From: a bacterium
GTDB lineage: Bacteria; JADJOY01
Assembly (NCBI GenBank): GCA_046331705.1
Contig: JAXLQJ010000003.1
Location: 124,001 to 188,000, forward strand
Length of the DNA stretch: 64,000 bases
Direction: 5' to 3'
Shown here: positions 37,553-47,385 of the stretch, in pieces
How the letters are laid out: the number at the start of each line of letters is the position of its first letter
Numbering within the stretch: the stretch's first letter is position 1
Program-made: the position numbers and the translations under genes
The notes under the pieces: model-generated
Told to the model about the DNA's origin: nothing
Seen by the model: the letters and a program-made list of their open reading frames with translations, nothing else
The model's database searches: none

Positions 37553-38170
37553 TCACGGCGCCGCGCGAGCCCATAGCCAACGGGGCGCGGCGGCGGCGAC
37601 GTCGACCACTCGGATCTCGACGCGTTCGTCGCCGAGACCGAGCTCGAGGCGCGCGCCGGACGGCGCGTCGATCTCCCCCGCGAGCGCCTCGCCGCGGGTG
37701 AGCACCGGTGCCACCAGGAGGTCGAAGGTGGTGTCCTGATTGCCCGCCCACACCAGCGATTCCTCGCTCCACGGCTCACGCGGCAAGGCCGCCCACCGCT
37801 CCGGGAAGCGATCGTGGGGGGGGCGGATCCCGGCTCGCCGTCGTGAGCGCGGGCATCGCGTGGCGGGTATTCGCCGTGATCCGCCATCCAACCATCGAAA
37901 CCGCGCTCGCGAGCGCGTCGCAACCGCCCCTTCATCCACACGCAGCCAGCCGGATGCGTGAGGTCGATCCGGGCGACCTCGCCGTTCGCCGCGACCGCGC
38001 GCGCATCGCCCCCCCCGACGCGCGCCTCAGCGAGCATCTTGCGCCGCGCGCGACCGGAACGTCGCCGATGTCGGTACGGACAATCGGGTAATCGTGGGCA
38101 AGAGAGCGGGTGTGCTCGCGGCGGCGGGAGCGCGAGGGCGAGATCCGTTCCGCCACCGTGAACGTAGATA
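37553..38170 (-). pseudogene. Degraded fragments of a GH31 alpha-glycosidase (YihQ/sulfoquinovosidase-like)
   Basis: IDLTHPAGCVWMK..GFDGWMADHGEY in one frame; HDRFPERWA..VWAGNQDTTFD in another. Far too short for a GH31 enzyme. Confidence 0.6.
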
Positions 38171-38263
38171 GACGACGCCACCGATCGGGGGTGCGAGCGA
38201 TTCTCGAACGCGCGCGCACCCCGACCCCTCGCTCTACGGACCCGCCCCGATGGAGGAGAACTC

Positions 38264-38935
38264 GTGATCCTCGTCCACCACCTCGAGCACTCGCGCTCGC
38301 AGCGCATCCTCTGGCTTCTCGAAGAGCTGGGCGTGCCGTACGAGGTGAAGCGCTACCCGCGCGACGCCAAGACGCAGCTCGCCCCGCCCGAGCTCAAAGC
38401 GATCCATCCGCTCGGCAAGTCGCCGGTGATCAGCGACGGGGAGCGCACGATCGCCGAGTCGGGCGCGATCGTCGAGTACCTCGTCGACCAGCACGGGCAG
38501 GGCCGCTTTCGCCCCGCTCCCGGCAGCGCCGCGTTCGAGCGCTATCGCTATTGGATCCACGCCGCCGAGGGCAGCGTCATGCCGCTGCTGGTGATGAAGC
38601 TCGTGTTCGCGAAGACCACCCAGCCTCCGGTGCCGTTCGTCGTCCGGCCCATCACACGCGCCGTCGCCGCCGAGGTGGGCCGCTCCTACATCGAGCCCGG
38701 CATCCGCGCGCACCTCGCGCACATGGAGGACGCGCTGGCGCACAGCACCTGGTTCGCCGGTGACGAGCTGAGCGGCGCCGATTTCCTCATGAGCTTCCCG
38801 GTCGAGGCGGCCGCGAGCCGGGTCGACATGGCGCCCTACCCGCGCCTCGAGGCCTTTCTCGAGCGCGTGCAGGAGCGGCCGGCCTATCGGCGCGCCCTCG
38901 AGCGCGGCGGCCCCTACCGGATCCTCGACTCCTGA
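38264..38935 (+). CDS. Glutathione S-transferase
   Basis: GGAGGAG RBS; HHLEHSRSQRILWLLEELG, HPLGKSPV, AESGAI, FAGDELSGAD. Confidence 0.95.
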   Translation: MILVHHLEHSRSQRILWLLEELGVPYEVKRYPRDAKTQLAPPELKAIHPLGKSPVISDGERTIAESGAIVEYLVDQHGQGRFRPAPGSAAFERYRYWIHAAEGSVMPLLVMKLVFAKTTQPPVPFVVRPITRAVAAEVGRSYIEPGIRAHLAHMEDALAHSTWFAGDELSGADFLMSFPVEAAASRVDMAPYPRLEAFLERVQERPAYRRALERGGPYRILDS

Positions 38936-39215
38936 GCAAACCGACGCCGCTCTCGCTGGGGACGCCGGAGGGGATCCGTTCGGCTCGACATCGCGAGCTC
39001 TTCCTCTCGGATCGAGCGTTCATTCCCCGAACGACGCCATGCGTCCTCGTTCGGGATCCGTACTCGTCAGGTCAAAAAGAGACCATCGAATACACGGTTC
39101 ATCCTAGGCTCGCGCGTTGCATGAGATCCGTCCGCGGGTCGGCGGCACGCCGACCCGCGTCAACCGAACCACGGCAACGAGCTGTGGTCGCACGCGCTCG
39201 GCGGAGGAGCCCTCG

Positions 39216-40571
39216 ATGGATCCGATTCTGTTCTGGAACGAAGTTGCGCTCGAGGTGCATCGGCGGGATTTCGCGTTCGACAAGGACGCGAGCGACAACG
39301 AGATCAGCCCTCAGCAAGGCGGCCCCACGCGCACCGCGCGAGCGCTCGCGATCGTGCACGTCGCGATGTACGACGCGTGGAACGGCGCGAAGGCGACGGG
39401 CAAGCACTACTTGCCGATCGCGGCGCTGCCGACCGCGCCGACAGGCACGAGCGCCGCCGTGCTCGCCGCGGCCGCAGTGGCCGGTGCCGCGGCGTCATCG
39501 CTCAAGGCGCTGTTCAATCGACAGTCGGCGTACATCGATCAACGGATGGCGGGATTCGTCGCGAGCGCGCTGCCCGCCGGTGCGATCGCCGCGGACATCT
39601 CGTCCGGAGAGCAATACGGGCGTGCCGTGGCGTACGCCATCCTCGACGCCCGCAAGAACGACCACGCCGACGCCTCTGACGTCTACGCGCCCGGCGGCGC
39701 TCCGGGCGACCACCGACCGGATCCCTATCATCCAACGCAGGGATACCTCGGGCCGCGCTGGGGGTCAGTCACCCCCTTCTGCGTCTCCTTCGGCGCCATG
39801 GACACCGAGGAGTACCTGCCGCCACCGCCCGCGTTCGGCAGCGTCGAGTACCGCAACCATTTCGAGGAAGTGCGCGACCACGGCGCTCGCACGCGGGGGG
39901 CACGCTCGGCCGAGCAGGAGGTAACGGGGCTCTACTGGGCGTACGACGGCGCCAAGGGCCTCGGAACACCACCGCGGCTCTACAACCAGATCGTCCGCGT
40001 CATCGCGACTGCGCAGGGCAACGACGCGGACCAGAACGCGCGCCTGTTCGCGCTCGTCAACGCGGGCATGGCCGATGCCGGCATCGTCGCGTGGCGGGCG
40101 AAGTACCGCTACAACCTGTGGCGGCCGGTCGTCGGCATTCGCGAGGACGACGCCGGAACCGGGCCGTCCAGCCTCGGCACCGGGGCACCGTCGGCCGGCG
40201 ACCCGTTCTGGGAGCCTTACGGCGCGCCGAGCTCGAATCGACCGGGCACCAACAACTTCACGCCGAACTTCCCCGCCTATCCCTCCGGCCATGCGACGTT
40301 TGGCACCACGGTGTTCGAGATCGTGCGTCGCTTCTTCGCACCGACGCCTGTCACCTTCGAGCTCACGTCCGACGAGCTCGACGGCAAGACCGTCGACATC
40401 GACGGCTCCGTGCGAACCGCCATCAAGCGGACCTACACCCTCGACGAAGCGATTCAGGACAACTTGGAAAGCCGCGTCTGGCTCGGCGTTCACTGGCGCT
40501 TCGACGGCAACGGCGGACGCCAAGCGGGCGAGAAGGTCGCCGAGAAGGTGTTCCAGGGCTTCTTCCCGTGA
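39216..40571 (+). CDS. Vanadium-dependent haloperoxidase (chloroperoxidase-like, PAP2 superfamily)
   Basis: GGAGGAG RBS; YWAYDG..LGTPPRLYNQIVR, AWRAKYRYNLWRP, FPAYPSGHATFG, SRVWLGVHWRFD. Confidence 0.9.
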   Translation: MDPILFWNEVALEVHRRDFAFDKDASDNEISPQQGGPTRTARALAIVHVAMYDAWNGAKATGKHYLPIAALPTAPTGTSAAVLAAAAVAGAAASSLKALFNRQSAYIDQRMAGFVASALPAGAIAADISSGEQYGRAVAYAILDARKNDHADASDVYAPGGAPGDHRPDPYHPTQGYLGPRWGSVTPFCVSFGAMDTEEYLPPPPAFGSVEYRNHFEEVRDHGARTRGARSAEQEVTGLYWAYDGAKGLGTPPRLYNQIVRVIATAQGNDADQNARLFALVNAGMADAGIVAWRAKYRYNLWRPVVGIREDDAGTGPSSLGTGAPSAGDPFWEPYGAPSSNRPGTNNFTPNFPAYPSGHATFGTTVFEIVRRFFAPTPVTFELTSDELDGKTVDIDGSVRTAIKRTYTLDEAIQDNLESRVWLGVHWRFDGNGGRQAGEKVAEKVFQGFFP

Positions 40572-40656
40572 TCGACGGACGGGCGCCCCGTGCCAGCGAA
40601 CGCTGCTCACGGGGCGGGATCACCGCCCAACCGAACCGACGCCGAACCGACGCCGC

Positions 40657-41025
40657 TCAGCCGCCGGCGCGTTTCGCCTTCCAGCCGCGTGCGGCGAGCG
40701 CCGCCAGGATCTTGTCGCGGTGATCGCCTTGGATCTCGATCACGCCGTCCTTCACCGTGCCGCCCGAGCCGCACAGCACCTTGAGCTCCTTGGCGAGATC
40801 GGCCAGGCCGGCGGCGTCGAGCCTGACTCCGGTCACGAGTGTCACGCCCTTCCCCTTGCGTCCCTTGGTCTCCGAGCCGACGCGGACGAATCCGTCGCGC
40901 GGCTGCGCCGGCGACGGCGAGGGCGACCGCATCCGGGAGTCCTTGCAGCTGCACGCCGCCTCGGGGCGCCCGCAGCGGACGCAGAGCCGCCCGTGCTCCG
41001 TGGAATAGACCGGTCGACCGCTCAT
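40657..41025 (-). CDS. yciH: SUI1/YciH translation initiation factor-like protein
   Basis: VYSTEHG, ETKGRKGKGVT, LKVLCGSGGTVKDGVIEIQGDHRD. Confidence 0.93.
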   Translation of the reverse strand: MSGRPVYSTEHGRLCVRCGRPEAACSCKDSRMRSPSPSPAQPRDGFVRVGSETKGRKGKGVTLVTGVRLDAAGLADLAKELKVLCGSGGTVKDGVIEIQGDHRDKILAALAARGWKAKRAGG

Positions 41026-41148
41026 CGTTGACCTCCTCGCGCGGGAGCGCGCGGCGCCCGGGAAGCCGGGCGGCCACCGAATCTGCCACAGTCACGGGCT
41101 TCACTCGCGCCGCCAAGTGGCGTCGGCGCCCGTCCCGCGGAGTCGGTC

Positions 41149-42243
41149 ATGGCCCTTCAAGCAGGCATCGTCGGTCTTCCCAACGTCGGCAAGAGCACGC
41201 TCTTCAACGCGCTCACCTCGGCGAAGGCGGAGTCGGCCAACTACCCGTTCTGCACCATCGAGCCCAACGTCGGCATCGTCGCGGTACCCGATCCGCGCCT
41301 CGAGCAGATCCACACCAAGATCGCCACCGAGAAGATCGTGCCGGCGGCGGTGGAGATCGTCGACATCGCCGGGCTGGTCCGCGGGGCCCACGACGGCGAA
41401 GGGCTCGGCAATCAGTTCCTCGGCCACATCCGCAACACCGACGCGATCCTCGAGGTCGTGCGCTGCTTCGACGACCCCGACGTCACCCACGTCGACGGCA
41501 GCATCGATCCGCAACGCGACATGGAGACCATCGGGATCGAGCTGATCTTCGCCGACCTCGACACCGCCGAGCGGCGGTTCACGCGCTACGCCAAGGTTGC
41601 CCAGGGCGGCGACAAGGAGGCGAAGGTTCACGCGGTGGTCGCCGAGAAGGCGCTCGCGCTGCTGCGCGCCGGCAAGCCGGTGCGCGCCGGCGAATGGGTC
41701 GGGGAGGAAGAGACGGCCCTCAAGGCCGCGCAGTTCATCACCGCCAAGCCGGTGCTCTACGTCTGCAACGTGGACGAGCAGGGCCTTGCCGCGGAGAATG
41801 CGTACGTTGCCAAGGTCCGCGCGCAAGCCGCCATCGAGCACGCGGGCGTGGTGGTGCTCTGCGCCAAGCTGGAGGCCGAGATCGCCGAGCTCGACCCTGC
41901 CGATCGCGCGGGTTTCCTCGCCGACCTCGGCGTCGACGAACCCGGGCTCAATCGACTCGCGCGCGCCACGTACGCGCTGCTCGGGCTCGAGACCTACTTC
42001 ACCGCGGGCCCGAAGGAGATCCGCGCGTGGACGATCCACAAGGGCACGAAGGCGCCACAGGCGGCCGGCGTGATCCACTCCGACTTCGAGCGGGGCTTCA
42101 TCCGTGCCGAGGTCTACTCGGTCGAGGATCTGCTGAAGCACGGCACCGAAGCGGCGATGAAGGCCGCCGGTGTCCTGCGTGTGGAAGGCAAGGAATACGT
42201 CGTGCAAGATGGCGACGTGATGCACTTCCGATTCAACGTGTGA
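41149..42243 (+). CDS. ychF: Redox-regulated ATPase YchF
   Basis: [50 protein letters not shown]. Confidence 0.98.
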   Translation: MALQAGIVGLPNVGKSTLFNALTSAKAESANYPFCTIEPNVGIVAVPDPRLEQIHTKIATEKIVPAAVEIVDIAGLVRGAHDGEGLGNQFLGHIRNTDAILEVVRCFDDPDVTHVDGSIDPQRDMETIGIELIFADLDTAERRFTRYAKVAQGGDKEAKVHAVVAEKALALLRAGKPVRAGEWVGEEETALKAAQFITAKPVLYVCNVDEQGLAAENAYVAKVRAQAAIEHAGVVVLCAKLEAEIAELDPADRAGFLADLGVDEPGLNRLARATYALLGLETYFTAGPKEIRAWTIHKGTKAPQAAGVIHSDFERGFIRAEVYSVEDLLKHGTEAAMKAAGVLRVEGKEYVVQDGDVMHFRFNV

Positions 42244-42394
42244 CGGACGACCCCGAATCGCGGTGCGCGCGACGATCCTCCGGGCCGGCGGCCTTCGGGC
42301 CGCCAGCCGCGGACGCGCCCGATTCCCGGCGGGCTGATCCTCGCCGCCACCCACACCGCGCGCTCGGCGTGACTCGTCTCACCGAGAGGTCACG

Positions 42395-43357
42395 ATGAAG
42401 GCGATGGCGCAGCGTTCGTGGGGCGCGGCAGAGCCGCTGACCCTGGTCGATCTCCCCAGTCCCGTCGTGGGCGCGCGCGACGTGCGCGTGGCGGTGAAGT
42501 TCGCGGGCGTGAACCCCGTGGACTGGAAGATGCGCGAAGGCGGTCCGCTCGGCCTGGCGGCGCGCATCGTCGGCCCGCCGCCCCCGGTGGTCGTGGGCGT
42601 GGACTTCGCCGGGATCGTCGACGCCGTGGGCCCACGGGTGACGGCGGTGAAGGTCGGCGACCGCGTCGTGGGCGGCACCGACTTCTCGCGGCGCCAGCGC
42701 GGCAGCATGGCGGACACCGTGGTGGTTCGCGACGATCAGCTCTGCGTCGTCCCCGCCGCGGTGCCGCTCGACGTCGCCGGCTCGCTGCCGGTCGCCGGCG
42801 TCACGGCCTGGCGGGCGGTGATCGAGCTGGGTCGCATCACGGTGGGCAAACGCGTGCTGATCCTCGGTGCCTCCGGAGGCGTGGGCCAGCTCGCCGTGCA
42901 GGTCGCCAAGAACGTCCAGGGCGCCTTCGTCGCCGGAGTGTGCTCGGCCAAGAACGTGGCGCTGGTGCGCAGCCTGGGCGCCGATCACGTCATCGACTAC
43001 GGCGCCGGCGAGGCGCTCGGTCAGGCGCGCCCGCTGGGACCGTTCGACGCCGTCATCGACTGCGTCGGCGGCTACCCGGGCTCGCGCTGCCGGGCGCTGC
43101 TCGCTCCCGGCGGGCGGCACGTGATGGTGTCTCCGCACACGCCCGACGAGTTCCTACAGCTGGTGCTCGCGCCGCTCACGAGCCGCACCCTTCTCGGCCG
43201 CGCCGGCGGCGCGGCGATCCGACTCGTCGTCGAAGCGGTGGCCGCGGGGAAGCTCGCGGTGCGGATCACCGATCGCTTTCCCCTGGAACGTGCCGAGGAA
43301 GCGCACCGCCTCAGCCGAACCGGGCGCGCGACCGGCAAGATCGTCCTCGAGATGTGA
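42395..43357 (+). CDS. NAD(P)-dependent MDR oxidoreductase (quinone reductase-like)
   Basis: GVNPVDWK, GVDFAG, LPVAGVTAW, GASGGVG, GKIVL. Confidence 0.92.
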   Translation: MKAMAQRSWGAAEPLTLVDLPSPVVGARDVRVAVKFAGVNPVDWKMREGGPLGLAARIVGPPPPVVVGVDFAGIVDAVGPRVTAVKVGDRVVGGTDFSRRQRGSMADTVVVRDDQLCVVPAAVPLDVAGSLPVAGVTAWRAVIELGRITVGKRVLILGASGGVGQLAVQVAKNVQGAFVAGVCSAKNVALVRSLGADHVIDYGAGEALGQARPLGPFDAVIDCVGGYPGSRCRALLAPGGRHVMVSPHTPDEFLQLVLAPLTSRTLLGRAGGAAIRLVVEAVAAGKLAVRITDRFPLERAEEAHRLSRTGRATGKIVLEM

Positions 43358-43481
43358 GGCGCGAGCCCGGCCCGCGCCGGCGCACGAGGTCCGTCGGGAT
43401 CGGACCCATCGTTTAAGCCGCAGCATCCACCTCTCATTATCTATTTGCGCCGCGACCGATCCGGCGACAACCTCGCTGGCC

Positions 43482-43781
43482 ATGAAGATCCGTGGCCTTC
43501 GAGAAAACCGATGGGATCGCTTTCGAAGTGGCTTGGGGCGCGCGGTGATCGCCATCGGCATCGCGGGGATCGTGATCCCGATCCTGCCCGGCACGCCGCT
43601 GTTGCTGCTCGGCGCGTGGATGCTCGGCCCCGACCATCCCGCGGCCCGCAGCGCGCGCCGCTGGCTGGGCTCGCTCGGGACGCGCCGTCACCCCGACGGC
43701 GCGGATCCGCGCACCCCCGCCCCGCCGGATCCCCGGACCTCCACGAGATGGCTGCCGCCCCTTTCCAACGGTTCGATCTGA
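43482..43781 (+). CDS. Small membrane protein (DUF454/PGPGW-like)
   Basis: IAIGIAGIVIPILPGTPLLLLGAWML hydrophobic hairpin. Confidence 0.55.
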   Translation: MKIRGLRENRWDRFRSGLGRAVIAIGIAGIVIPILPGTPLLLLGAWMLGPDHPAARSARRWLGSLGTRRHPDGADPRTPAPPDPRTSTRWLPPLSNGSI

Positions 43782-43792
43782 AGGAGACGATC

Positions 43793-44080
43793 ATGCGCCC
43801 CACGACCCCGACCAAGCCCTCGCCCGCCAGCGCCAGAGGGACGGGCAAGACCCGCGCTCCCATCGCGCACTCCGGCGGCAACGGCACGTCGGCGGCGCTC
43901 TGTCCACGCTGCCGCGGCTCGTTCGTCCTCACCTGCATCCGCGACGGACGCGTGAGCGTCGAGTGCCCGCTGTGTGGAAGGCTCTGGGCCGAACCGATGC
44001 GTTACGGCGCGCGCTCGCGGAGGTCGGCATCCACCTCGACCTCGGCGGCCACCGGGCCCGTCGCCGGTGCCGCCGCGTAG
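43793..44080 (+). CDS. Small zinc-ribbon protein
   Basis: AAGGAG RBS; CPRC-x16-CPLC; the 3' end overlaps the convergent wzt by 79 bp. Confidence 0.55.
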   Translation: MRPTTPTKPSPASARGTGKTRAPIAHSGGNGTSAALCPRCRGSFVLTCIRDGRVSVECPLCGRLWAEPMRYGARSRRSASTSTSAATGPVAGAAA

Positions 44081-44805
44081 CGGTCCAGGATCTCGCGCGG
44101 CGCGCCGTCGGCGACGAGGCGGCCGCCGTCGAGCCACAGGCAGCGGTCGCAGTTGGCGAGGATCTCCGCGGGCGAATGGGAGACCAGCAGCACCGTCGCG
44201 CCCGCGCCGCGCAGCTCCTGGATGCGCGCCTGGCAGCGCTTCACGAACGCGGCGTCGCCCACACCGAGGACCTCGTCGAGCACCAGGATGTCGGCGCGCC
44301 ACGCGGTCGCCACCGAGAAGCCCAAGCGGGCGATCATGCCCGCCGAGTAGCTGCGCAGCGGCGAGCGGATCAGATCGCCGAGCCCGCTGAAGGCGTGGAT
44401 GTGGTCGAGCTTCGCGTCGATCTCGCGACGGGTGCGGCCGAGCAGCAACGCATTCAGGTACACGTTCTCGATGCCGGTCAGATCGTGGTCGAAGCCGGCA
44501 CCGAGCGCCAGGATCGGCGCGACCCAGCCGTTGAGCGCGGTGGTGCCGCGGGTGGGTTCCAGCACCCGACACAGGACCTTGAGCAAGGTGCTCTTGCCCG
44601 CACCGTTGCGCCCCACGATGCCGACGCTCTCACCGCGGCCGACCTCGAACGAGACGTCGCGAAGCGCCCAGAAATCCTCGTAGCGAAGCCCGCCCTTCAT
44701 CCAGTGGATCGCGTATTCCTTGAGCGACTGCGCTTGCTGCTTGGCGAGCCGGTAGCAGAGCGACACGCCCTGCATGCGGACCATCGGCTCGGTGGGCGCG
44801 CTCAT
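44002..44805 (-). CDS. wzt: Polysaccharide ABC transporter ATP-binding protein (no C-terminal CBD)
   Basis: FWALRDVSF, GRNGAGKST, YSAGMIARLGF, LDEVLGVGD; ATGA coupling with wzm. Confidence 0.92.
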   Translation of the reverse strand: MSAPTEPMVRMQGVSLCYRLAKQQAQSLKEYAIHWMKGGLRYEDFWALRDVSFEVGRGESVGIVGRNGAGKSTLLKVLCRVLEPTRGTTALNGWVAPILALGAGFDHDLTGIENVYLNALLLGRTRREIDAKLDHIHAFSGLGDLIRSPLRSYSAGMIARLGFSVATAWRADILVLDEVLGVGDAAFVKRCQARIQELRGAGATVLLVSHSPAEILANCDRCLWLDGGRLVADGAPREILDRYAAAPATGPVAAEVEVDADLRERAP

Positions 44806-45566
44806 AGGTAGAACGGGATTCGCCTGCTGGTCCGCGCGAACGACCACGCGCCCGCCGCCAGCGTGGCGATCGCCAGCAGCGTTCCGACCACCAGCTCGCC
44901 GGCGGGCGCCACGTGACCCGCGTAGATCGGATCGCGGAAGACCTGCAGCACGTGCCGCACGGGGTTGAGCGCCACCAGCCAACGGAAGCGCGCGGGCACG
45001 ATCTCCACCGGATAGAAGACCGGCGTGAGATACATGACCGTGGTCAGCACCACTCCCACCATCTCGACGATGTCGTAGAAGAAGACCGCGAGCGGCGCGA
45101 GCACGAGCCCCACGCCGAGCGTGAACAGCGCCGCGAGCACGATCGCGAAGGGCAGGAACCAGAGGCTCGCACCTGGCGCGTGGCCGGTGAGGCACGCGAT
45201 CGCCAAGAGCGGCACCAGCGCCAGCACCAGGTTCACGACGCCGGCGAGCACGGTGGCGAGCGGGAAGACCGCGCGCGGCACCGGCACCTTGAGCAAGAGC
45301 TGCGCGTTGCCGCGCAAGCTCTGCATCGCGGTCACCACGCTCTGCTGGAAGAAGTTCCAGAACACGATCCCGGCGAGCGCGTAGACCGGGTATCCCGGCA
45401 CGTCGAAGCGAAACGCCGTGCTGAACACCACCATCAGCACCAGCATCGTCAGCAACGGCTGGAGCATCGTCCACAGGAAGCCGATCACCGAGCGGCGGTA
45501 GCGGACCTTGAGGTCGCGCGCGACCAGCGCCAGCACCAGATCGCGATAGCGAAGCGGGTTCCCCAT
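44802..45566 (-). CDS. wzm: Polysaccharide ABC transporter permease
   Basis: RDLKVRYRRSVIGFLWTMLQPL, YLTPVFYP, LNPV. Confidence 0.92.
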   Translation of the reverse strand: MGNPLRYRDLVLALVARDLKVRYRRSVIGFLWTMLQPLLTMLVLMVVFSTAFRFDVPGYPVYALAGIVFWNFFQQSVVTAMQSLRGNAQLLLKVPVPRAVFPLATVLAGVVNLVLALVPLLAIACLTGHAPGASLWFLPFAIVLAALFTLGVGLVLAPLAVFFYDIVEMVGVVLTTVMYLTPVFYPVEIVPARFRWLVALNPVRHVLQVFRDPIYAGHVAPAGELVVGTLLAIATLAAGAWSFARTSRRIPFYL

Positions 45567-45649
45567 GACGGCGGCTCGGTTCTACACGCGAGCCCCAGCC
45601 GTGGCTATCGCCGACGGTGCACGGCGTTGCGCGACGCGGAGCGCGCGCT

Positions 45650-47167
45650 TCAGGGCGCCACGTCGATCCGGTAGTCGCCCGCCACCGAGACGTCGAGGCG
45701 CCAGCCGCCGCCGACGCGACGCGCGGCGACCGCGCCGAGGCCATCGCCCGTCACCTGCGGCGCAACGTCGACGTCGGACGGAATCCAGAGATCGGCAGTG
45801 GAGGGGGCCTGCGTGCTGCCGGTGACCGAGAGTCGTCCATCGCAGGCCGGATCCGCGACGCTCGTGATCCGCCCGGGTGCGGCGCGCGCGTATCCCCGCC
45901 GCACGCACGTCGTGACCACGAAGCGCGCGTTGCCGCAGCTCGCCTGCTGATTCGCCACCCACTCGGGCGAGGGCGGCCAGGCGCCGGCGACGTCGTGCGG
46001 GTCGCCGCACTCCTGCTCCCATTGCCACCACGCGCCGCCCGAGCGCAGGTGCTGATCCTCGAGCCGCGCGAATCGCGCCATCCACTCCTCGTTCGCGGAC
46101 GGCGCGGCGAAGCTGCCGTATTCGCCGGTCCAGAGCGTGGTTTGGTAGAGCGCCTGCACCAGGTCGAAGAGCGGGAACGAGAGGTCGAGCAGCCCCGGCA
46201 CGCTCGGGCCGATCGACTCGAAGTAGTTGTGCGACGCGAAGACCACGTTGGGATCCGCGGTCCAGTCGAAGGGCACCAGGCCCGCGAAGACCGTGGGCTC
46301 GAAGAACACGATGTGTCCTGGCGATCCCTGCTGCGCCTCGGCGGCGCGGATGGCGCTCACCGCCGATCGATAGAACGCGGCGAGCCCCGTCACCGTGGCG
46401 TCGGGGTCACCGCTGGTCCCCGGCTCGTTCAGGAGATCGTAGCCCGCGACGCCCGCATCCGCGGCGAACTCTCTCGCGATGAGGCCCCACAGCGCGGCCA
46501 GCTCGTCGCGCACGCCGTCGCGATTCCCGTAGAACGACTCCCACGCCTTGCGAACCGCGGGACTGTCCTCGCGTCCGCCGGGAGTGCACGTCTCGGCGTC
46601 GTCGGTGAACGTGGCCCACGCGGGCGCTCCGTCCCAGCCGATCTGCGGGCGCGTACCCGCGGGGCAGCTTCGGTCGCGTGGCGTGAACACGAACTTCGAC
46701 CACGCGTCCTGGTGCATGTCGATCACGACGTAGAGTCCGCGCGCGTTCGCTTCGGCGACGGCCGCGCGCACGCGCTCGAGATACGCGCCATCGAGCGTGC
46801 CGCGCGTCGGCTGCCAAGCCGACCACGTGGTCACCAGCCGAATCACGCTGGCACCGGTCGCGGCGACGTCGTCCCAGTCGTCGGCAGCGAGCGGCGCGAC
46901 GGTGGGAAGCGAGGGGTCCGACTGGAAGTAATCGCCGAGGTGATTGAAGTTCACGCCCCGCAGCACGACCTGCCTGCCGGCCGCGTCGAAGATGCCCGGC
47001 CGGCTGCCGCGCACCGCCACCAGCCGCGTGAGCGGCGGGCTCGCACCCGGGTCGCTGGTGGGCGGCGGGCTCGAGTCCGGCACGCACGCAGCGGCAGCGA
47101 GGAGCGTGAGCGTCGCCAGGGCGACGCGTGCGTTCGACGCGCGAAGCGCGATGGGCTGACGAATCAT
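45650..47167 (-). CDS. GH5 endoglycoceramidase-like lipoprotein
   Basis: Lipobox LAAAAC; GRQVVLRGVN, VIDMHQD, YDLLNEP (acid/base), WTGEYG (nucleophile), C-terminal YARAAPG beta domain. Confidence 0.88.
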   Translation of the reverse strand: MIRQPIALRASNARVALATLTLLAAAACVPDSSPPPTSDPGASPPLTRLVAVRGSRPGIFDAAGRQVVLRGVNFNHLGDYFQSDPSLPTVAPLAADDWDDVAATGASVIRLVTTWSAWQPTRGTLDGAYLERVRAAVAEANARGLYVVIDMHQDAWSKFVFTPRDRSCPAGTRPQIGWDGAPAWATFTDDAETCTPGGREDSPAVRKAWESFYGNRDGVRDELAALWGLIAREFAADAGVAGYDLLNEPGTSGDPDATVTGLAAFYRSAVSAIRAAEAQQGSPGHIVFFEPTVFAGLVPFDWTADPNVVFASHNYFESIGPSVPGLLDLSFPLFDLVQALYQTTLWTGEYGSFAAPSANEEWMARFARLEDQHLRSGGAWWQWEQECGDPHDVAGAWPPSPEWVANQQASCGNARFVVTTCVRRGYARAAPGRITSVADPACDGRLSVTGSTQAPSTADLWIPSDVDVAPQVTGDGLGAVAARRVGGGWRLDVSVAGDYRIDVAP

Positions 47168-47385
47168 CCGTCCATTGTCGCTCACCCGAGGTCGCGAGCG
47201 AAACGCCGCCCGGGCGGTATCCGGCGATCGACGACAGGCCCGCGCGTGAATAACGCTGACGACGTGCTCGTCGAAAGGACGTCCGCGAGTCTCGATCGCG
47301 CGCCATCCTCCACGGCGCGCCGCCGCGCTCCTCGCCACCCGCCCGACAGGCGACGCAGGCGCAGCCCGCGTCGATCCCCTCTCCG

